IMG/VR virus record: IMGVR_UViG_3300035670_000102
Coordinates: 1 to 64,000 of that record
DNA from: a virus
DNA: 64,000 bases
Strand: one strand, 5' to 3'
Shown: piece after piece, positions 7,585-12,906 of the stretch
Layout of the letters: the number at the start of each line of letters is the position of its first letter
Position numbering within the stretch: the first letter of the stretch is position 1
Notes under the pieces: model-generated
The model's input: only the letters and a program-made list of their open reading frames with translations
The model's database searches: none
Told to the model about the DNA's origin: nothing
Made by a program: the position numbers and the translations under genes

Positions 7585-7727
7585 CTAAAGAACTTCTGAT
7601 CGCTCAACTTCGTCTTGGTAAAAATGGGAACGACATCCTTTCGATTCTTGATGCACTGCACAATGGGATGGACAGTGGTGAATCTAGTCAAGATAATGTT
7701 CCAACCCTAGACGAGATCCAGTTCTAG
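7581..7727 (+). CDS. Hypothetical protein (48 aa)
   Basis: MTKELLIAQLRLGKNGNDILSILDAL...; ATGA coupling. Confidence 0.6.
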   Translation: MTKELLIAQLRLGKNGNDILSILDALHNGMDSGESSQDNVPTLDEIQF

Positions 7728-7740
7728 AAACTCGACGAGA

Positions 7741-7800
7741 TGTGCCACATCATCTAGTGGCACATTCAATCTCGACGAGACCTGCATCATCATCTAGATT
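7741..7800 (+). promoter_or_regulatory. Early promoter: TGTGCCAC-N8-GTGGCACA, 31 nt from GTGGCAC to TAGATT, with an ATCTCGACGAGA operator in the spacer
   Basis: Perfect 8-bp IR at 7741-7764; -10 at 7795; CTCGACGAG at 7731 and 7771. Confidence 0.75.
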
Positions 7801-7822
7801 ACACACATCGAGATCGAGATCC

Positions 7823-8011
7823 ATGCAAACCGCATTCATCACTCCTATTTCACGCAAGGCAAAGAATCGCTTTGCAAATCTTATGGACAACAATCCTCAA
7901 TGTATTGTCGAACAACACAAGGGAGGAAAACTGTTCATTGCATCTCAGAATCGTAATAATTTCTTCTGGATGCAACTTGACAAAGATCCTGATTGGATGC
8001 TACAATTCTAA
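7823..8011 (+). CDS. Hypothetical protein (62 aa)
   Basis: MQTAFITPISRKAKNRFANLM...; start moved to the ATG downstream of the promoter. Confidence 0.7.
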   Translation: MQTAFITPISRKAKNRFANLMDNNPQCIVEQHKGGKLFIASQNRNNFFWMQLDKDPDWMLQF

Positions 8012-8012
8012 C

Positions 8013-8145
8013 ATAAGGGAGGAAGGGGTTTGCCTCCCGCTTGATGAAAGTCACCCTGCGCGAATGAGTACAGATAATTATAGCATATGGGCGTAGGTTC
8101 TATGGGATGTTCATAGGTTGGGGTGGTGCCCAACCTATTTTTTTT
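8013..8145 (+). ncRNA. Candidate small RNA A (~130 nt) with 5' pseudoknot and intrinsic terminator
   Basis: TTGACA(7977)-18-TACAAT(8001) promoter; stem GGGAGG/CCTCCC whose loop GGGT can pair with ACCC(8053); terminator 8113-8145; only a 10-codon ATG ORF inside. Confidence 0.55.
8113..8145 (+). terminator. Intrinsic terminator
   Basis: ATAGGTTGG-loop-CCAACCTAT followed by a long T run. Confidence 0.85.
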
Positions 8146-8178
8146 ATATAATCATATAATACTAGTGTTATATTGTAT

Positions 8179-8242
8179 TGCAGGTTCGGTGGCGATGTGT
8201 TGTTCAGTAGGGATACCCTTCCCCCTTTGGTGCTGGTTGTCC
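8179..8242 (-). ncRNA. Candidate small RNA B (conserved core)
   Basis: Minus strand: TATTTT-4nt-GGACAA...AGGGGGAAGGGTATCCCT...TCGCCACC...CCTGC; paralogous to 9157-9223. Confidence 0.5.
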
Positions 8243-8280
8243 ATCTAAAATACCATCAAACCGCCATCAAACCCAGATGC

Positions 8281-8341
8281 TGTGCCAGTTCGCAAGGTGG
8301 CACAATGGGTCTGGACGGGGGTGGTTTCTGCGCCGTATTGT
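8281..8341 (+). promoter_or_regulatory. Early (probably bidirectional) promoter: TGTGCCA-N10-TGGCACA, 32 nt from GTGGCAC to TATTGT
   Basis: IR at 8281-8304; -10 at 8336; leftward -10 at 8247-8252. Confidence 0.7.
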
Positions 8342-8365
8342 GTGCTCAGTTCACACCACACCACC

Positions 8366-9100
8366 ATGCTGAACTTCACCAAAGGCAACGCCAAACTGGG
8401 CAAGCAAACCCTGATCTTTAATCTTCCTGCAGGTAAAACCTGCCCCGGTGCATTATTCTGCAAGTCTTTTGCTGTTGTTGATGACAATGGCAAGCGTACC
8501 ATTCAAGACGGCGAGCACACTATCTTCCGTTGCTTCGCTGCATCTTCAGAGGTGCAATATGATGCAGCGTTTGAGAATCGCGCCAACAATTTGCGCCTGA
8601 TTGTTGATGCTCTGCAGAATGGATCTGCTGCAGATCTTATCAACCAAGGCATCCAAGAGTACCGCACAAAGAATACTAAACTCGTGAGAATCCATGAGTC
8701 TGGTGACTTCTTCTCTGGCGCTTATCTTGATGCTTGGATTGAAGTTGCACAGCGCAATCCTGACCTAAAGTTTTATTGCTACTCCAAGAGTTTGCAACTG
8801 TTTCTGAACTTTAATCTTCCTGCTAACTTCTACTTCACCGCATCATATGGTGGCAAGTGGGATCACCTAATTGATGCAGGATTCTTTAAGCGTTACGCTA
8901 AAGTCTTCATGACCGAAGGTGATGCTAACTCTGCAGGGTTAGAAGTTGATCACGACGATTCACACTGTTTCGGTGATAAACCGTTTGCGCTGTTAGTGCA
9001 TGGAACTCAACCTAAAGGTTCTATCTGGGGTGCTGCAATCCGTGCCCGTCGTTCACAACATCAGTTCAGCGGTTACAGTAAGAAACCCGTTGCAGTGTAA
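8366..9100 (+). CDS. GP88-family protein (Cys-motif protein)
   Basis: GNAKLG...FNLPAGKTCPGA..C...CFA...VRIHESGDFFS..Y...W...FYCYSKS; start at ATG 8366 after the leader. Confidence 0.75.
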   Translation: MLNFTKGNAKLGKQTLIFNLPAGKTCPGALFCKSFAVVDDNGKRTIQDGEHTIFRCFAASSEVQYDAAFENRANNLRLIVDALQNGSAADLINQGIQEYRTKNTKLVRIHESGDFFSGAYLDAWIEVAQRNPDLKFYCYSKSLQLFLNFNLPANFYFTASYGGKWDHLIDAGFFKRYAKVFMTEGDANSAGLEVDHDDSHCFGDKPFALLVHGTQPKGSIWGAAIRARRSQHQFSGYSKKPVAV

Positions 9101-9109
9101 GGTATACTT

Positions 9110-9136
9110 AAGGGGGGCAATCGCTCCCCTTTCTTT
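9110..9136 (+). terminator. Intrinsic terminator (G-run/CAAT-loop family)
   Basis: AAGGGGGGC-AATC-GCTCCCCTT-TCTTT. Confidence 0.75.
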
Positions 9137-9156
9137 ATACTCATTTGTAACAATTA

Positions 9157-9223
9157 ATTCCGCGCAGGAGGGGTGGCGACCTTTTTCGTCTTCAGGGCTA
9201 CCCCGCCCCTCTCCTGATTGTCC
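9157..9223 (-). ncRNA. Candidate small RNA C (conserved core)
   Basis: Minus strand: TAGGAT-4nt-GGACAATCAGGAGAGGGGCGGGGTAGCCCT...GGTCGCCACCCCTCCTGCGCGGAAT; outer stem CAGGAG/CTCCTG. Confidence 0.5.
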
Positions 9224-9263
9224 CCATATCCTACAGACACCACAGACCCATAAAACCCCAGCA

Positions 9264-9338
9264 GTGGACAGTTCCACCACTGGCACAAGCTGGTTGATCA
9301 GTGCCCATGATGCTGTAGGATTCTCTCAGTTCACACCA
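9264..9338 (+). promoter_or_regulatory. Early (probably bidirectional) promoter GTGGACAG-N8-CTGGCAC...TAGGAT with leader CTCAGTTCACACCAC
   Basis: IR at 9264-9286; TAGGAT at 9316; leftward TAGGAT at 9228-9233. Confidence 0.65.
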
Positions 9339-9345
9339 CTGAACC

Positions 9346-9645
9346 ATGTTCACCTCTCTCACCGATCGCAACACGTTTGGCGCTACGTACCGCTGGGCGA
9401 TCCTGTCGGTTCTGCCGATGGATGATGGCAGCGGTTGCACCGATCAGGATGGGATGCGCCCCACCGACATTAACAACGCTCTGGGGATGCCAAATGAGGC
9501 CCGCACAGCCCTCTCCCTGACCCTTAAGCGTATGGCTGCAGAAGGGCTGATTAAGCGCCATGAGCTGGGCGCCCACTGGGTTGAGTACACTCGCCTGCTA
9601 CCGCTCCGCAAGCGCGAGCGCGTCGCCCGCTGGATTCAAGGGTGA
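9346..9645 (+). CDS. Winged-helix DNA-binding protein (MarR/HxlR-like)
   Basis: MRPTDINNALGM...ALSLTLKRMAAEGLIKRHELGAHWVEYT. Confidence 0.7.
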   Translation: MFTSLTDRNTFGATYRWAILSVLPMDDGSGCTDQDGMRPTDINNALGMPNEARTALSLTLKRMAAEGLIKRHELGAHWVEYTRLLPLRKRERVARWIQG

Positions 9646-9714
9646 TTCAAACGGGGGGCACCAACCGCCCCCCATCCGTGCTAGGATTCTCTCAGTTCAC
9701 ACCACACCACTCCG

Positions 9715-9969
9715 ATGAACTTTTCCTCTCTGACCTTTTCCGATCACAGTGTCATCAAAGGTGGCACAAAAGCACAACATACCTTTGAGAATGGTTGGGC
9801 GATCAGTGTTGTAGCGGGTCCAAAAAATTCGGGACTCTACGGTGACATTCAGCACGACACTTTTGAGGTTGCTGTGATTCGCCCAAATGGTAACATGCTG
9901 GAGGATGTTATCTGCTGGCAAACTCCAGTTCAGATCACAACATTGATGCACCTGATTGAGATGCTCTGA
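9715..9969 (+). CDS. Conserved phage hypothetical protein (84 aa)
   Basis: FENGWAISVV...GLYG...FEVAVI pattern; preceded by the repeated TAGGATTCTCTCAGTTCACACCAC cassette. Confidence 0.75.
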   Translation: MNFSSLTFSDHSVIKGGTKAQHTFENGWAISVVAGPKNSGLYGDIQHDTFEVAVIRPNGNMLEDVICWQTPVQITTLMHLIEML

Positions 9970-9978
9970 GGTATCATA

Positions 9979-10002
9979 AAGGGGGAGCAATTCTCCCCCC
10001 TT
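9979..10002 (+). terminator. Terminator-like hairpin (G-run/CAAT family)
   Basis: AAGGGGGAG-CAATT-CTCCCCCCTT. Confidence 0.6.
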
Positions 10003-10020
10003 CCTATCATCACCACTACC

Positions 10021-10203
10021 ATGGCACTATTCTCTCAGGCAACAGATCTTAAAACCCACCAAACAATATGGGTCGGCACTAATGTTCTCAAAGGTAAATC
10101 GCAAGGTAACTCTCACACTCGCAACTGGGATTATGATGGTCTCACTGCAGTAGAGTTAGCTTATCTGCATACTGATTATCACGGCAACGTTAATCCTTCC
10201 TGA
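10021..10203 (+). CDS. Hypothetical protein (60 aa)
   Basis: ORF track; AC-rich leader. Confidence 0.65.
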   Translation: MALFSQATDLKTHQTIWVGTNVLKGKSQGNSHTRNWDYDGLTAVELAYLHTDYHGNVNPS

Positions 10204-10204
10204 C

Positions 10205-10342
10205 ATGTATCCTGCTTTCCTTTCTAACATTCAAATCGAAGAACTTGAGACCTTCGGTGTAATTGAAATGACTGAAGAATTGTTTGACGCTATGATGAAT
10301 TGGTGTCAAGGTGACGGTCCAATTGTAGAAAATCTAGACTAG
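10205..10342 (+). CDS. Acidic hypothetical protein (45 aa)
   Basis: MYPAFLSNIQIEELETFGVIEMTEELFDAMMNWCQGDGPIVENLD. Confidence 0.55.
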   Translation: MYPAFLSNIQIEELETFGVIEMTEELFDAMMNWCQGDGPIVENLD

Positions 10343-10394
10343 ATTGCGCACACATTAATCTCGACGAGATCGCACACATTAATCTCGTCGAGAT
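10331..10394. repeat. Three ATCT(A/C)GWC(T/G)AGAT palindromes, two of them in a 24-bp tandem repeat
   Basis: AATCTAGACTAGATT at 10331; CGCACACATTAATCTCGWCGAGAT x2 at 10347 and 10371. Confidence 0.85.
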
Positions 10395-10430
10395 ACACAC
10401 ATAACACACATTCACATCTAGATTCACATC

Positions 10431-10595
10431 ATGAACAACAATCAAAAGCAAATTAATTCAATTGGTTTCACAATTAAATATCAAACACCATATAACAATT
10501 GTGAATGGCGCACACAATCATTCACTACAATAGAAGAGGCAAAAAGAATGATAGAGTTCTATAAGTCTTGTGGATCACCTGCTGAATTAGTATAA
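10431..10595 (+). CDS. Hypothetical protein (54 aa)
   Basis: MNNNQKQINSIGFTIKYQTPYNNCEWRTQSFTTIEEAKRMIEFYKSCGSPAELV. Confidence 0.65.
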   Translation: MNNNQKQINSIGFTIKYQTPYNNCEWRTQSFTTIEEAKRMIEFYKSCGSPAELV

Positions 10596-10854
10596 TAAAA
10601 GAATAAAAGAATGAAGAATAAAAGAATGAAGAATAAAAGAATAAAAGAATAAAAGAATAAAAGAATAAAAGAATGAGAGTATAAAGAATAGAGAATGAAT
10701 CTTAAGTAGTTCTTTATTCTTTATACTTTACAATCCTAATTGATTCTTTATTCTTTATACTCTCCATTCAGAAGTGCATTGTGATTCTTATAGTCAGTGG
10801 TGTGGTTAATTCTAATCACAATGCACTTCTCAATGGACAGTTATTCTTTATACT
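10594..10854. repeat. AATAAAAG microsatellite plus nested inverted repeats
   Basis: Tandem 8-mers at 10594-10674; complementary TTCTTTATTCTTTATAC at 10710 and 10744; perfect 17-bp IR at 10770-10786/10814-10830. Confidence 0.9.
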
Positions 10855-10855
10855 T

Positions 10856-11047
10856 TGCAATCGCAATCGGTTCTTGATTTTAATTCAGGTGCAATCGCAA
10901 TCGGTTCTGTGTTTGTGTCAGGTGCAATTGCAATTGATTCTGTATTTGTGAGACCTTAAGGTGCAATCGGTTCTTAATTCTAATTCAGGTGCAATCGCAA
11001 TCGGTTCTTGATTCTTTACACTTTGCAATCGTTGTTTGATTCTAATT
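10856..11047. repeat. Six ~33-bp-period direct repeats with core TGCAATCGCAATCGGTTCT
   Basis: Copies start at 10856, 10890, 10923, 10962, 10990 and 11024 (some degenerate). Confidence 0.85.
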
Positions 11048-11142
11048 AACATTCAAACTTGCCAATGCTGGTATCACCTCCGGTGCCGATCCGTCAAGCG
11101 TTTAACCCATAAGCGTCGCCGATCAAACGGATCTGCTTTTTT

Positions 11143-11195
11143 GTATCCTGGGATACCGTTTGCCCCTTGTGGGATCGGACGCTGGCGCTTACAGT
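11143..11195 (+). promoter_or_regulatory. NtcA-type box GTATC-N4-GATAC upstream of a TTGTGG-17-TACAGT promoter
   Basis: GTA-N8-TAC at 11143-11156 preceded by a T tract; -35 at 11167, -10 at 11190. Confidence 0.5.
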
Positions 11196-11204
11196 GAGCG
11201 GAGC

Positions 11205-11223
11205 GAACCTTGAAAACCGAATA
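11205..11223 (+). promoter_or_regulatory. Cyanobacterial rRNA-type boxA antitermination element
   Basis: GAACCTTGAAAACCGAATA versus cyanobacterial rrn boxA GAACCTTGA(A/C)AACTG(C/A)ATA; sits just after the predicted TSS. Confidence 0.65.
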
Positions 11224-11304
11224 GGGCGATGGGCGGAGCGCGGGTGGCGCTGCGCTTCGCGGGCGACGTGTCGGGCGGGATCCCACGCGCCACCATCGCG
11301 CTAT
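11221..11304 (+). ncRNA. GC-rich structured leader with pseudoknot
   Basis: Outer stem ATAG-G-GCGAT/ATCGC-G-CTAT; 9-bp hairpin 11233-11260; loop GGTGGCGC is complementary to GCGCCACC at 11287-11294. Confidence 0.55.
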
Positions 11305-11361
11305 TTAATACTTTCAAGATTCGCCATTAGTTACACTTTCACCCTACACTTTCACAGTCCC

Positions 11362-11670
11362 ATGACTATTCTTGTCGGACAAGTTGAAACTCTCATGCCT
11401 GAACTTTTGCAGGCAATGAGTGACGCTGACGCTGCAAAGCGTCGCGTTGATGATCTCAAAGCGCAGATGATTGCGCTGATTGAAGAACCTCAAACGGTCA
11501 AAACTTGCTGGGGTTCGGTTACACTTAACAAGGGCAAACGCTCAGTCAAAGTAACTGACAAGGCGTTAAATGCACAGATCACACTACTCAAAGAGAATGG
11601 AATCTCTGAGGGTAAGTGTCAAGAATCCATCTCCGATCCGTTCATCACGGTTCGAAAGTTGGACCGCTGA
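11362..11670 (+). CDS. Hypothetical protein with N-terminal coiled coil (102 aa)
   Basis: MTILVGQVETLMPELLQAMSDADAAKRRVDDLKAQM...; start moved to ATG 11362. Confidence 0.7.
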   Translation: MTILVGQVETLMPELLQAMSDADAAKRRVDDLKAQMIALIEEPQTVKTCWGSVTLNKGKRSVKVTDKALNAQITLLKENGISEGKCQESISDPFITVRKLDR

Positions 11671-11679
11671 GTTACACTT

Positions 11680-11710
11680 AGGGGGGAGACAATCCTCCCC
11701 CTTTCTTTTT
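11680..11710 (+). terminator. Intrinsic terminator (G-run/CAAT family)
   Basis: GGGGGAG-ACAATC-CTCCCCC-TTTCTTTTT. Confidence 0.8.
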
Positions 11711-11735
11711 ACAAACCACACCACACTTTTACGCC

Positions 11736-11921
11736 ATGATGACACTTTCTCTCTGCGATGAGCGTATAGTTTATGAAGCAATCTTCCGCCATGTTGAACA
11801 CTTAGCGGAACAGAATTGGGGCAGTTCCGATTCTATTCTGGCAGCAAAAGTTGCCGTCGATTGCTTCCCCAAACTTGGGTATCCTGTGCCCCATTGGATT
11901 ACTGTTCTGGCACAATCCTGA
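11736..11921 (+). CDS. Hypothetical protein (61 aa)
   Basis: ORF track; AC-rich leader. Confidence 0.6.
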   Translation: MMTLSLCDERIVYEAIFRHVEHLAEQNWGSSDSILAAKVAVDCFPKLGYPVPHWITVLAQS

Positions 11922-11958
11922 TCAGTTAGTTACACTTTCCACCCTACACTTTCGACCC

Positions 11959-12162
11959 ATGCGCATCACCACACCGCTGCACTTTTCTGAGATTTTCTAC
12001 TTTAATTTCAACCCTAAGTGTGCAGAATGGGATGAGATTTTCGGTCTTAGCGTAGGTAAACTCTACGTGGGTTTGTATAACAAATGCCTCAGCGTTGGTA
12101 TTTTAAACTCTAACGGTGGGTTAGAGTCAAAAAACCAGGTTAAAGTTCGCGTTCTTCCCTGA
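11959..12162 (+). CDS. Hypothetical protein (67 aa)
   Basis: Start at ATG 11959, after a leader duplicated from 11329-11361. Confidence 0.6.
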   Translation: MRITTPLHFSEIFYFNFNPKCAEWDEIFGLSVGKLYVGLYNKCLSVGILNSNGGLESKNQVKVRVLP

Positions 12163-12167
12163 CATTC

Positions 12168-12194
12168 AAGGGGTGACATTCTCACCCCTTTCTT
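12168..12194 (+). terminator. Intrinsic terminator
   Basis: AAGGGGTGA-CATTC-TCACCCCTT-TCTT. Confidence 0.75.
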
Positions 12195-12219
12195 CACACA
12201 AACCACACAGGTCAGCACA

Positions 12220-12639
12220 ATGCGCCACCCTATCATCCGTCACAATGCCCGCCCCGTTTATAGTTTCGCTGGCATCGTTGATGCAATCGAAACCGCTAAA
12301 TCTAAGGGTCTTAAGCGTATCACAATGCGCTTCGATCAGTTTATAGCGAAGCCCTCTAAGTATGATGGCAAGGTTTATATTTTCTCCCATGAAAAAGAAT
12401 TGAATCAGTGGGGCACAATGAGCAACGTTTACCTGGGTTGGATCACTGCAACTGAAACCAATTTGGGTGAAATGGCACTCATTCAAGCGGTGCAATCCGC
12501 TGCGTCTGACCCATACGCCGCAGCCAAACTCTACGGGATGCACACCGGAACCTGTTCATGTTGCGGTCGTGAATTAACCAATTCCCTGTCAATTGCGTTG
12601 GGGATTGGTCCTATTTGCAGGGAAAAGTTCGGACTCTAA
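12220..12639 (+). CDS. DUF6011 zinc-binding domain protein
   Basis: YG..TGTCSCCGRELTNSLSIALGIGPICREKF. Confidence 0.8.
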   Translation: MRHPIIRHNARPVYSFAGIVDAIETAKSKGLKRITMRFDQFIAKPSKYDGKVYIFSHEKELNQWGTMSNVYLGWITATETNLGEMALIQAVQSAASDPYAAAKLYGMHTGTCSCCGRELTNSLSIALGIGPICREKFGL

Positions 12640-12647
12640 GTTATATC

Positions 12648-12672
12648 GGGGGAGGCGCAATCCTCCCCCTTT
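12648..12672 (+). terminator. Intrinsic terminator ending the early region
   Basis: GGGGGAGG-CGCAAT-CCTCCCCC-TTT. Confidence 0.75.
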
Positions 12673-12906
12673 ATATACCGATCAGCAGTTCTTATCATTC
12701 GTTCGTTCGTGATTGGCAGTCCTTATCGGTCGGGGGGGCGGTCGCCGCGGCCCCATGGGGCGGTTTATAATGCACGGGTCCCCTTAGGCTACAAAGTGTT
12801 ACGAAAGCGATCGATATATAACACTCAAGATAAAAAAATTCCCGCCATAAAAAATTCACAAATAGGTTGATATATAAAATGAAAAAATTAATAGTAATAT
12901 ATCTTG

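Noticed and set aside
9171-9203. Hammerhead ribozyme on the minus strand (CTGAAGA-C-GAAA...GTC)
   Set aside because: Stem II is absent and stem III cannot pair; the core words alone are insufficient
10856-11047. CRISPR mini-array or ToxI-mimic repeats
   Set aside because: The inter-repeat segments are only ~14-20 nt and resemble each other, and there are no cas genes. The AATTCAGGTG match to ToxI is short and the units do not form a ToxI-like pseudoknot.
11167-11361. 5' extension of the 167-aa ORF (likewise the extensions at 1908, 4628, 7348, 7742, 8282, 11851, 14003 and 14888)
   Set aside because: The extensions cross promoters, structured leaders or upstream genes; downstream ATGs fit the leader or coupling pattern better
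12789-12802. Second NtcA site (CTA-N8-TAC)
   Set aside because: It has a mismatch in the conserved GTA triplet and no suitably spaced -10
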